A stretch of DNA of 64,000 bases from Isurus oxyrinchus (Eukaryota): NCBI GenBank assembly GCA_026770705.1, contig JANJGN010000163.1, positions 186,001 to 250,000 on the forward strand, written 5' to 3'. Under the pieces are notes generated by a model. The model had not been told where the DNA came from. It saw only the letters and a list, made by a program, of their open reading frames with translations, and ran no database searches. Position 1 is the stretch's first letter. Each line of letters opens with the position of its first letter. Positions 25,601 through 40,600 of the stretch are shown here, piece by piece. A program made the position numbers and the translations under genes.

Positions 25601-28600
25601 GATATCAAAATTGGGATGTCAACCTAGAATTGACACTCTAATTAGATATCAGACTTGGGATGTCAACCTGGAATTGACAATCTAATTAGATATCACACTT
25701 GGGATATCAACCTGGAATTGACAATCTAATTAGATATCAGACTTGGGATGTCAACCTGGAATTGACAATCTAATTAGATATCAGACTTGGGATGTCAACC
25801 TGGAATTGACAATCTCATTAGATATCAGACTTGGGATGTCAACCTGGAATTGACAATCTAATTAGATATCAGACTTGGGATGTCAACCTGGAATTGACAA
25901 TCTAATTAGATATCAGACTTGGGATGTCAACTTGGAATTGACAATCTAATTAGATATCAGACTTGGCATGTCAACCTGGAATTGACAATCTAATTAGAAA
26001 TCAGACTTGGGATGTCAACTTGGAATTGACAATCTAATTAGATATCAGACTTGGGATGTCAACCTGGAATTGACAATCTAATTAGATATCAGACTTGGGA
26101 TGTCAACTTGGAATTGACAATCTAATTAGATATCAGACTTGGGATGTCAACCTGGAATTGACAATCTAATTAGATATCAGACTTGGGATGTCAACTTGGA
26201 ATTGACAATCTAATTAGATATCACACTTGGGATGTCAACCTGGATTTGACAATCTAATTAGATATCAGACTTGGGATGTCAACTTGGAATTGACAATCTA
26301 ATTAGATATCAGACTTGGGATGTCAACCTGGAATTGACAATCTAATTAGAAATCAGACTTGGGATGTCGACTTGGAATTGACAATCTAATTAGATATCAG
26401 ACTTGGGATGTCAATCTGGAATTGACAATCTAATTAGATATCAGACTTGGGATGTCAACCTGCTATTGACATTCTAATTAGATATCAGACTTGGGATGTC
26501 AACTTGGAATTGACAATCTAATTAGATATCAAACTTGGGATGTCAACCTGGAATTGACAATCTAATTAGATATCAAACTTGGGATGTCAACTTGGAATTG
26601 ACAATCTAATTAGATATCAGACTTGGGATGTCAACCTGGAATTGACAATCTAATTAGATATCAAAATTGGGATGTCAACTTAGAATTGACAATCTAATTA
26701 GATATCAGACTTGGGATGTCAACCTGGAATTGACAATCTAATTAGATATCACACTTGGGATATCAACCTGGAATTGACAATCTAATTAGATATCAGACTT
26801 GGGATGTCAACCTGGAATTGACAATCTAATGAGATATCAGACTTGGGATGTCAACCTGGAATTGACAATCTCATTAGATACCAGACTTGGGATGTCAACC
26901 TGGAATTGACAATCTAATTAGATATCAAACTTGGGATGTCAACCTGGAATTGACAATCTAATTAGATATCAGACTTGGGATGTCAACCTGGAATTGACAA
27001 TCTAATTAGATATCACACTTTGGATGTCAACCTGGATTTGACAATCTAATTAGATATCAGACTTGGGATGTCAACCTGGAATTGACAATCTAATTAGATA
27101 TCAGACTTGGGATGTCAACCTGGAATTGACAATCTCATTAGATATCAGACTTGGGATGTCAACCTGGAATTGACAATCTAATTAGATATCAGACTTGGGA
27201 TGTCAATTTGGAATTGACAATCTAATTAGATATCAAACTTGGGATGTCAACCTGGAATTGACAATCTAATTAGATATCAGACTTGGGATGTCAATCTGGA
27301 ATTGACAATCTAATTAGATATCAGACTTGGGGTGTCAACTTGGAATTGACAATCTAATTAGATATCAAACTTGGGATGTCAACCTGGAATTGACAATCTA
27401 ATTCGATATCAAACTTGGGATGTCAACTTGGAATTGACAATCTAATTAGATATCAAACTTGGGATGTCAACCTTGAATTGACAATCTAATTAGATATCAA
27501 ACTTGGGATGTCAACCTGGAATTGACAATCTAATTAGATATCAGACTTGGGATGTCAACCTGGAATTGACAATCTAATTAGATATCAAAATTGGGATGTC
27601 AACCTAGAATTGACAATCTAATTAGATATCAGACTTGGGATGTCAACCTGGAATTGACAATCTAATTAGATATCACACTTGGGATATCAACCTGGAATTG
27701 ACAATCTAATTAGATATCAGACTTGGGATGTCAACCTGGAATTGACAATCTCATTAGATATCAGACTTGGGATGTCAACCTGGAATTGACAATCTCATGA
27801 GATATCAGACTTGGGATGTCAACCTGGAATTGACAATCTAATTAGATATCAGACTTGGGATGTCAACTTGGAATTGACAATCTAATTAGATATCAGACTT
27901 GGCATGTCAACCTGGAATTGACAATCTAATTAGAAATCAGACTTGGGATGTCAACTTGGAATTGACAATCTAATTAGATATCAGACTTGGGATGTCAACG
28001 TGGAATTGACAATCTAATTAGATATCAGACTTGGGATGTCAACTTGGAATTGACAATCTAATTAGATATCAGACTTGGGATGTCAACCTGGAATTGACAA
28101 TCTAATTAGATATCAGACTTGGGATGTCAACTTGGAATTGACAATCTAATTAGATATCACACTTGGGATGTCAACCTGGATTTGACAATATAATTAGATA
28201 TCAGACTTGGGATGTCAACTTGGAATTGACAATCTAATTAGATATCAGACTTGGGATGTCAACCTGGAATTGACAATCTAATTAGAAATCAGACTTGGGA
28301 TGTCGACTTGGAATTGACAATCTAATTAGAAATCAGACTTGGGATGTCAATCTGGAATTGACAATCTAATTAGATATCAGACTTGGGATGTCAACCTGCT
28401 ATTGACAATCTAATTAGATATCAGACTTGGGATGTCAACTTGGAATTGACAATCTAATTAGTTATCAAACTTGGGATGTCAACCTGGAATTGACAATCTA
28501 ATTAGATATCAAACTTGGGATGTCAACTTGGAATTGACAATCTAATTAGATATCAGACTTGGGATGTCAACCTGGAATTGACAATCTAATTAGATATCAA

Positions 28601-31600
28601 AATTGGGATGTCAACCTAGAATTGACATTCTAATTAGATATCAGACTTGGGATGTCAACCTGGAATTGACAATCTAATTAGATATCACACTTGGGATATC
28701 AACCTGGAATTGAAAATCTAATTAGATATCAGACTTGGGATGTCAACCTGGAATTGACAATCTAATTAGATATCAGACTTGGGATGTCAACCTGGAATTG
28801 ACAATCTCATTAGATATCAGACTTGGGATGTCAACCTGGAATTGACAATCTAATTAGATATCAAACTTGGGATGTCAACCTGGAATTGACAATCTAATTA
28901 GATATCAGACTTGGGATGTCAACCTGGAATTGACAATCTAATTAGATATCACACTTGGGATGTCAACCTGGATTTGACAATCTAATTAGATATCAGACTT
29001 GGGATGTCAACCTGGAATTGACAATCTGATTAGATATCAGACTTGGGATGTCAACCTGGAATTGACAATCTCATTAGATATCAGACTTGGGATGTCAACC
29101 TGGAATTGACAATCTAATTAGATATCAGACTTGGGATGTCAACTTGGAATTGACAATCTAATTAGATATCAAACTTGGGATGTCAACCTGGAATTGACAA
29201 TCTAATTAGATATCAGACTTGGGATGTCAATCTGGAATTGACAATCTAATTAGATATCAGACTTGGGGTGTCAACTTGGAATTGACAATCTAATTAGATA
29301 TCAGACTTGGGATGTCAACCTGGAATTGACAATCTAATTAGATATCAGACTTGGGATGTCAACCTGGAATTGACAATCTCATTAGATATCAGACTTGGGA
29401 TGTCAACCTGGAATTGACAATCTAATTAGATATCAGACTTGGGATGTCAACTTGGAATTGACAATCTAATTAGATATCAAACTTGGGATGTCAACCTGGA
29501 ATTGACAATCTAATTAGATATCAGACTTGGGATGTCAATCTGGAATTGACAATCTAATTAGATATCAGACTTGGGGTGTCAACTTGGAATTGACAATCTA
29601 ATTAGATATCAAACTTGGGATGTCAACCTGGAATTGACAATCTAATTCGATATCAAACTTGGGATGTCAACTTGGAATTGACAATCTAATTAGATATCAA
29701 ACTTGGGATGTCAACCTTGAATTGACAATCTAATTAGATATCAAACTTGGGATGTCAACCTGGAATTGACAATCTAATTAGATATCAGACTTGGGATGTC
29801 AACCTGGAATTGACAATCTAATTAGATATCAAAATTGGGATGTCAACCTAGAATTGACAATCTAATTAGATATCAGACTTGGGATGTCAACCTGGAATTG
29901 ACAATCTAATTAGATATCACTCTTGGGATATCAACCTGGAATTGACAATCTAATTAGATATCAGACTTGGGATGTCAACCTGGAATTGACAATCTAATTA
30001 GATATCAGACTTGGGATCTCAACCTGGAATTGACAATCTAATTAGAAATCAGACTTGGGATGTCAACTTGGAATTGACAATCTAATTAGATATCAGACTT
30101 GGGATGTCAATGTGGAATTGACAATCTAATTAGATATCAGACTTGGGATGTCAACTTGGAATTGACAATCTAATTAGATATCAGACTTGGGATGTCAACC
30201 TGGAATTGACAATCTAATTAGATATCAGACTTGGGATGTCAACTTGGAATTGACAAACTAATTAGATATCACTCCTGGGATGTCAACCTGGATTTGACAA
30301 TCTAATTAGATATCAGACTTGGGATGTCAACTTGGAATTGACAATCTAATTAGATATCAGACTTGGGATGTCAACCTGGAATTGACAATCTAATTAGAAA
30401 TCAGACTTGGGATGTCGACTTGGAATTGACAATCGAATTAGATATCAGACTTGGGATGTCAATCTGGAATTGACAATCTAATTAGATATCAGACTTGGGA
30501 TGTCAACCAGCTATTGACAATCTAATTAGATATCAGACTTGGGATGTCAACTTGGAATTGACAATCTAATTAGATATCAAACTTGGGATGTCAACCTGGA
30601 ATTGACAATCTAATTAGATATCAAACTTGGGATGTCAACTTGGAATTGACAATCTAATTAGATATCAGACTTGGGATGTCAACCTGGAATTGACAATCTA
30701 ATTAGATATCAAAATTGGGATGTCAACCTAGAATTGACAATCTAATTAGATATCAGACTTGGGATGTCAACCTGGAATTGACAATCTAATTAGATATCAC
30801 ACTTGGGATATCAACCTGGAATTGACAATCTAATTAGATATCAGACTTGGGATTTCAACCTGGAATTGACAATCTAATTAGATATCAGACTTGGGATGTC
30901 AACCTGGAATTGACAATCTCATTAGATATCAGACTTGGGATGTCAACCTGGAATTGACAATCTAATTAGATATCAGACTTGGGATGTCAACCTGGAATTG
31001 ACAATCTAATTAGATATCAGACTTGGCATGTCAACCTGGAATTGACAATCTAATTAGAAGTCAGACTTGGGATGTCAACTTGGAATTGACAATCTCATTA
31101 GATATCAGACTTGGGATGTCAACCTGGAATTGACAATCTAATTAGATATCAGACTTGGGATGTCAACTTGGAAGTGACAATCTAATTAGATATCAGACTT
31201 GGGATGTCAACCTGGAATTGACAATCTAATTAGATATCAGACTTGGGATGTCAACTTGGAATTGACAATCTAATTAGATATCACACTTGGGATGTCAACC
31301 TGGATTTGACAATCTAATTAGATATCAGACTTGGGATGTCAACCTGGAATTGACAATCTAATTAGATATCAGACTTGGGATGTCAACCTGGAATTGACAA
31401 TCTCATTAGATATCAGACTTGGGATGTCAACCTGGAATTGACAATCTAATTAGAAATCAGACTTGGGATGTCGACTTGGAATTGACAATCTAATTAGATA
31501 TCAGACTTGGGATGTCAATCTGGAATTGACAATCTAATTAGATATCAGACTTGGGATGTCAACCTGCTATTGAAAATCTAATTAGATATCAGACTTGGGA

Positions 31601-34600
31601 TGTCAACTTGGAATTGACAATCTAATTAGATATCAAACTTGGGATGTCAACCTGGAATTGACAATCTAATTAGATATCAAACTTGGGATGTCAACTTGGA
31701 ATTGACAATCTAATTAGATATCAGACTTGGGATGTCAACCTAGAATTGACAATCTAATTAGATATCACACTTGGGATGTCAACCTGGATTTGACAATCTA
31801 ATTAGATATCAGACTTGGGATGTCAACTTGGAATTGACAATCTAATTAGATATCACACTTGGGATGTCAACCTGGATTTCACAATCTAATTAGATATCAG
31901 ACTTGGGATGTCAACCTGGAATTGACAATCTAATTAGATATCAAACTTGGGATGTCAACCTGGAATTGACAATCTAATTAAATATCAGACTTGGGATGTT
32001 AACCTGGAATTGACAATATAATTAGATATCACACTTGGGATGTCAACCTGGATTTGACAATCTAATTAGATATCAGACTTGGGATGTCAACCTGGAATTG
32101 ACAATCTAATTAGATATCAGACTTGGGATGTCAACCTGGAATTGACAATCTCATTAGATATCAGACTTGGGATGTCAACCTGGAATTGACAATCTAATTA
32201 GATATCAGACTTGGGATGTCAACTTGGAATTGACAATCTAATTAGATATCAAACTTGGGATGTCAACCTGGAAATGACAATCTAATTAGATATCAGACTT
32301 GGGATGTCAATCTGGAATTGACAATCTAATTAGATATCAGACTTGGGGTGTCAACTTGGAATTGACAATCTAATTAGATATCAAACTTGGGATGTCAACC
32401 TGGAATTGACAATCTAATTAGATATCAAACTTGGGATGTCAACTTGGAATTGACAATCTAATTGGATATCAAACTTGGGCTGTCAACCTGGAATTGACAA
32501 TCTAATTAGATATCAAACTTGGGATGTCAACCTGGAATTGACAATCTAATTAGATATCAGACTTGGGATGTCAACCTGGAATTGACAATCTAATTAGATA
32601 TCAAAATTGGGATGTCAACCTAGAATTGACAATCTAATTAGATATCAGACTTGGGATGTCAACCTGGAATTGACAATCTAATTAGATATCAGACTTGGGA
32701 TATCAACCTGGAATTGACAATCTAATTAGATATCAGACTTGGGATGTCAACCTGGAATTGACAATCTAATTAGATATCAGACTTGGGATGTCAACCTGGA
32801 ATTGACAATCTCATTAGATATCAGACTTGGGATGTCAACCTGGAATTGACAATCTAATTAGATATCAGACTTGGGATGTCAACCTGGAATTGACAATCTA
32901 ATTAGATATCAGACTTGGGATGTCAACTTGGAATTGACAATCTAATTAGATATCAGACTTGGCATGTCAACCTGGAATTGACAATCTAATTAGAAATCAG
33001 ACTTGGGATGTCAACTTGGAATTGACAATCTAATTAGATATCAGACTTGGGATGTCAACCTGGAATTGACAATCTAATTAGATATCAGACTTGGGATGTC
33101 AACTTGGAATTGACAATCTAATTAGATATCAGACTTGGGATGTCAACCTGGAATTGACAATCTAATTAGATATCAGACTTGGGATGTCAACTTGGAATTG
33201 ACAATCTAATTAGATATCACACTTGGGATGTCAACCTGGATTTGACAATCTAATTAGATATCAGACTTGGGATGTCAACTTGGAATTGACAATCTAATTA
33301 GATATCAGACTTGGGATGTCAACCTGGAATTGACAATCTAATTAGAAATCAGACTTGGGATGTCGACTTGGAATTGACAATCTAATTAGATATCAGACTT
33401 GGGATGTCAATCTGGAATTGACAATCTAATTAGATATCAGACTTGGGATGTCAACCTGCTATTGACAATCTAATTAGATATCAGACTTGGGATGTCAAGT
33501 TGGAATTGACAATCTAATTAGATATCAAACTTGGGATGTCAACCTGGAATTGACAATCTAATTAGATATCAAAATTGGGATGTCAACTTGGAATTGACAA
33601 TCTAATTAGATATCAGACTTGGGATGTCAACCTGGAATTGACAATCTAATTAGATATCAAACTTGGGATGTCAACCTGGAATTGACAATCTAATTAGATA
33701 TCAGACTTGGGATGTCAACCTGGAATTGACAATCTAATTAGATATCAGACTTGGGATGTCAACCTGGAATTGACAATCTAATTAGATATCAAACTTGGGA
33801 TGTCAACCTAGAATTGACAATCTAATTAGATATCAGACTTGGGATGTCAACCTAGAATTGACAATCTAATTAGATAACAGACTTGGGATGTCAACCTGGA
33901 ATTGACAATCTAATTAGATATCACACTTGGGATGTCAACCTGGATTTGACAATCTAATTAGATATCAGACTTGGGATGTCAACCTGGAATTGACAATCTA
34001 ATTAGATATCAAACTTGGGATGTCAACCTGGAATTGACAATCTAATTAGATATCAGACTTGGGATGTCAACCTGGAATTGACAATCTAATTAGATATCAG
34101 ACTTGGGATGTCAACCTGGAATTGACAATCTAATTAGATATCAGACTTGGGATGTCAACCTGGAATTGACAATCTAATTAGATATCAGACTTGGGATGTC
34201 AACCTGGAATTGACAATCTAATTAGATATCAAACTTGGGATGTCAACCTGGAATTGACGATCTAATTAGATATCAGACTTGGGATGTCAACCTGGAATTG
34301 ACAATCTAATTAGATGTCACACTTGGGATGTCAACCTGGATTTGACAATCTAATTAGATATCAGACTTGGGATGTCAACCTGGAATTGACAATCTAATTA
34401 GATATCAGATTTGGGATGTCAACCTGGAATTGACAATCTCATTAGATATCAGACTTGGGATGTCAACCTGGAATTGACAATCTAATTAGATATCAGACTT
34501 GGGATGTCAACCTTGAATTGACAATCTAATTAGATATCAGAGTTGGGATGTCAACTTGGAATTGACAATCTAATTAGATATCAGACTTGGGATGTCAACC

Positions 34601-37600
34601 TGGAATTGACAATCTAATTAGATATCAGACTTGGGATGTCAACTTGGAATTGACAATCTAATTAGATATCACACTTGGGATGTCAACCTGGATTTGACAA
34701 TCTAATTAGATATCAGACTTGGGATGTCACCTTGGAATTGACAATCTAATTAGATATCAGACTTGGGATGTCAACCTGGAATTGACAATCTAATTAGATA
34801 TCAGACTTGGGATGTCGACTTGGAATTGACAATCTAATTAGATATCAGACTTGGGATGTCAACCTGGAATTGACAATCTAATTAGATATCAGACTTGGGA
34901 TGTCAACCTGGAATTGACAATCTAATTAGATATCAAACTTGGGATGTCAACCTGGAATTGACAATCTAATTAGATATCAAACTTGGGATGTCAACTTGGA
35001 ATTGACAATCTAATTAGATATCAGACTTGGGATGTCAACTTGGAATTGACAATCTAATTAGATATCAAACTTGGGATGTCAACCTGGAATTGACAATCTA
35101 ATTAGATATCAGACTTGGGATGTCAATCTGGAATTGACAATCTAATTAGATATCAGACTTGGGGTGTCAACTTGGAATTGACAATCTAATTAGATATCAC
35201 ACTTGGGATGTCAACCTGGATTTGACAATCTAATTAGATATCAGACTTGGGATGTCAACCTGGAATTGACAATCTAATTAGATATCAAACTTGGGATGTC
35301 AACCTGGAATTGACAATCTAATTAGATATCAGACTTGGGATGTCAACCTGGAATTGACAATCTAATTAGATATCACACTTGGGATGTCAATCTGGAATTG
35401 ACAATCTAATTAGATATCCGACTTGGGGTGTCAACTTGGAATTGACAATCTAATTAGATATCAAACTTGGGATGTCAACCTGGAATTGACAATCTAATTA
35501 GATATCAAACTTGGGATGTCAACTTGGAATTGACAATCTAATTAGATATCAAACTTGGGATGTCAACCTGGAATTGACAATCTAATTAGATATCAAACTT
35601 GGGATGTCAACCTGGAATTGACAATCTAATTAGATATCAGACTTGGGATGTCAACCTGGAATTGACAATCTAATTAGATATCAAAATTGGGATGTCAACC
35701 TAGAATTGACAATCTAATTAGATATCAGACTTGGGATGTCAACCTGGAATTGACAATCTAATTAGATATCACACTTGGGATATCAACCTGGAATTGACAA
35801 TCTAATTAGATATAAGACTTGGGATGTCAACCTGGAATTGACAATCTAATTAGATATCAGACTTGGGAAGTCAACCTGGAATTGACAATCTCATTACATA
35901 TCAGACTTGGGATGTCAACCTGGAATTGACAATCTAATTAGCTATCAGACTTGGGATGTCAACCTGGAATTGACAATCTAATTAGATATCAGACTTGGGA
36001 TGTCAACTTGGAATTGACAATCTAATTAGATATCAGACTTGGGATGTCAAACTGGAATTGACAATCTAATTAGAAATCAGACTTGGGATGTCAACTTGGA
36101 ATTGACAATCTAATTAGATATCAGACTTGGGATGTCAACCTTGAATTGACAATCTAATTAGATATCAGAGTTGGGATGTCAACTTGGAATTGACAATCTA
36201 ATTAGATATCAGACTTGGGATGTCAACCTGGAATTGACAATCTAATTAGATATCAGACTTGGGATGTCAACTTGGAATTGACAATCTAATTAGATATCAC
36301 ACTTGGGATGTCAACCTGGATTTGACAATCTAATTAGATATCAGACTTGGGATGTCAACTTGGAATTGACAATCTAATTAGATATCAGACTTGGGATGTC
36401 AACCTGGAATTGACAATCTAATTAGATATCAGACTTGGGATGTCGACTTGGAATTGAGAATCTAATTAGATATCAGACTTGGGAAGTCAACCTGGAATTG
36501 ACAATCTAATTAGATATCAGACTTGGGATGTCAACCTGGAATTGACAATCTAATTAGATATCAAACTTGGGATGTCAACCTGGAATTGACAATCTAATTA
36601 GATATCAAACTTGGGATGTCAACTTGGAATTGACAATCTAATTAGATATCAGACTTGGGATGTCAACTTGGAATTGACAATCTAATTAGATATCAAACTT
36701 GGGATGTCAACCTGGAATTGACAATCTAATTAGATATCAGACTTGGGATGTCAATCTGGAATTGACAATCTAATTAGATATCAGACTTGGGGTGTCAACT
36801 TGGAATTGACAATCTAATTAGATATCACACTTGGGATGTCAACCTGGATTTGACAATCTAATTAGATATCAGACTTGGGATGTCAACCTGGAATTGATAA
36901 TCTAATTAGATATCAAACTTGGGATGACAACCTGGAATTGACAATCTAATTAGATATCAGACTTGGGATGTCAACCTGGAATTGACAATCTAATTAGATA
37001 TCACACTTGGGATGTCAACCTGGATTTGACAATCTAATTAGATATCAGACTTGGGATGTCAACCTGGAATTGACAATCTAATTAGATATCAGACTTGGGA
37101 TGTCAACCTGGAATTGACAATCTCATTAGATATCAGACTTGGGATGTCAACCTGGAATTGACAATCTAATTAGATATCAGACTTGGGATGTCAACTTGGA
37201 ATTGACAATCTAATTAGATATCAAACTTGGGATGTCAACCTGGAATTGACAATCTAATTAGATATCAGACTTGGGATGTCAATCTGGAATTGACAATCTA
37301 ATTAGATATCAGACTTGGGGTGTCAACTTGGAATTGACAATCTAATTAGATATCAAACTTGGGATGTCAACCTGGAATTGACAATCTAATTAGATATCAA
37401 ACTTGGGATGTCAACTTGGAATTGACAATCTAATTAGATATCAAACTTGGGATGTCAACCTTGAATTGACAATCTAATTAGATATCAAACTTGGGATGTC
37501 AACCTGGAATTGACAATCTAATTAGATATCAGACTTGGGATGTCAACCAGGAATTGACAATCTAATTAGATATCAAAATTGGGATGTCAACCTAGAATTG

Positions 37601-40600
37601 ACACTCTAATTAGATATCAGACTTGGGATGTCAACCTGGAATTGACAATCTAATTAGATATCACACTTGGGATATCAACCTGGAATTGACAATCTAATTA
37701 GATATCAGACTTGGGATGTCAACCTGGAATTGACAATCTAATTAGATATCAGACTTGGGATGTCAACCTGGAATTGACAATCTCATTAGATATCAGACTT
37801 GGGATGTCAACCTGGAATTGACAATCTAATTAGATATCAGACTTGGGATGTCAACCTGGAATTGACAATCTAATTAGATATCAGACTTGGGATGTCAACT
37901 TGGAATTGACAATCTAATTAGATATCAGACTTGGCATGTCAACCTGGAATTGACAATCTAATTAGAAATCAGACTTGGGATGTCAACTTGGAATTGACAA
38001 TCTAATTAGATATCAGACTTGGGATGTCAACCTGGAATTGACAATCTAATTAGATATCAGACTTGGGATGTCAACTTGGAATTGACAATCTAATTAGATA
38101 TCAGACTTGGGATGTCAACCTGGAATTGACAATCTAATTAGATATCAGACTTGGGATGTCAACTTGGAATTGACAATCTAATTAGATATCACACTTGGGA
38201 TGTCAACCTGGATTTGACAATCTAATTAGATATCAGACTTGGGATGTCAACTTGGAATTGACAATCTAATTAGATATCAGACTTGGGATGTCAACCTGGA
38301 ATTGACAATCTAATTAGAAATCAGACTTGGGATGTCGACTTGGAATTGACAATCTAATTAGATATCAGACTTGGGATGTCAATCTGGAATTGACAATCTA
38401 ATTAGATATCAGACTTGGGATGTCAACCTGCTATTGACATTCTAATTAGATATCAGACTTGGGATGTCAACTTGGAATTGACAATCTAATTAGATATCAA
38501 ACTTGGGATGTCAACCTGGAATTGACAATCTAATTAGATATCAAACTTGGGATGTCAACTTGGAATTGACAATCTAATTAGATATCAGACTTGGGATGTC
38601 AACCTGGAATTGACAATCTAATTAGATATCAAAATTGGGATGTCAACTTAGAATTGACAATCTAATTAGATATCAGACTTGGGATGTCAACCTGGAATTG
38701 ACAATCTAATTAGATATCACACTTGGGATATCAACCTGGAATTGACAATCTAATTAGATATCAGACTTGGGATGTCAACCTGGAATTGACAATCTAATGA
38801 GATATCAGACTTGGGATGTCAACCTGGAATTGACAATCTCATTAGATACCAGACTTGGGATGTCAACCTGGAATTGACAATCTAATTAGATATCAAACTT
38901 GGGATGTCAACCTGGAATTGACAATCTAATTAGATATCAGACTTGGGATGTCAACCTGGAATTGACAATCTAATTAGATATCACACTTTGGATGTCAACC
39001 TGGATTTGACAATCTAATTAGATATCAGACTTGGGATGTCAACCTGGAATTGACAATCTAATTAGATATCAGACTTGGGATGTCAACCTGGAATTGACAA
39101 TCTCATTAGATATCAGACTTGGGATGTCAACCTGGAATTGACAATCTAATTAGATATCAGACTTGGGATGTCAACTTGGAATTGACAATCTAATTAGATA
39201 TCAAACTTGGGATGTCAACCTGGAATTGACAATCTAATTAGATATCAGACTTGGGATGTCAATCTGGAATTGACAATCTAATTAGATATCAGACTTGGGG
39301 TGTCAACTTGGAATTGACAATCTAATTAGATATCAAACTTGGGATGTCAACCTGGAATTGACAATCTAATTCGATATCAAACTTGGGATGTCAACTTGGA
39401 ATTGACAATCTAATTAGATATCAAACTTGGGATGTCAACCTTGAATTGACAATCTAATTAGATATCAAACTTGGGATGTCAACCTGGAATTGACAATCTA
39501 ATTAGATATCAGACTTGGGATGTCAACCTGGAATTGACAATCTAATTAGATATCAAAATTGGGATGTCAACCTAGAATTGACAATCTAATTAGATATCAG
39601 ACTTGGGATGTCAACCTGGAATTGACAATCTAATTAGATATCACACTTGGGATGTCAACCTGGAATTGACAATCTAATTAGATATCAGACTTGGGGTGTC
39701 AACTTGGAATTGACAATCTAATTAGATATCAAACTTGGGATGTCAACCTGGAATTGACAATCTAATTCGATATCAAACTTGGGATGTCAACTTGGAATTG
39801 ACAATCTAATTAGATATCAAACTTGGGATGTCAACCTTGAATTGACAATCTAATTAGATATCAAACTTGGGATGTCAACCTGGAATTGACAATCTAATTA
39901 GATATCAGACTTGGGATGTCAACCTGGAATTGACAATCTAATTAGATATCAAAATTGGGATGTCAACCTAGAATTGACAATCTAATTAGATATCAGACTT
40001 GGGATGTCAACCTGGAATTGACAATCTCATTAGATATCAGACTTGGGATGTCAACCTGGAATTGACAATCTCATGAGATATCAGACTTGGGATGTCAACC
40101 TGGAATTGACAATCTAATTAGATATCAGACTTGGGATGTCAACCTGGAATTGACAATCTAATTAGATATCAGACTTGGGATGTCAACTTGGAATTGACAA
40201 TCTAATTAGATATCAGACTTGGCATGTCAACCTGGAATTGACAATCTAATTAGAAATCAGACTTGGGATGTCAACTTGGAATTGACAATCTAATTAGATA
40301 TCAGACTTGGGATGTCAACGTGGAATTGACAATCTAATTAGATATCAGACTTGGGATGTCAACTTGGAATTGACAATCTAATTAGATATCAGACTTGGGA
40401 TGTCAACCTGGAATTGACAATCTAATTAGATATCAGACTTGGGATGTCAACTTGGAATTGACAATCTAATTAGATATCACACTTTGGATGTCAACCTGGA
40501 TTTGACAATATAATTAGATATCAGACTTGGGATGTCAACCTGGAATTTTCAATCTAATTAGATATCACACTTGGGATGTCAACCTGGATTTGACAATCTA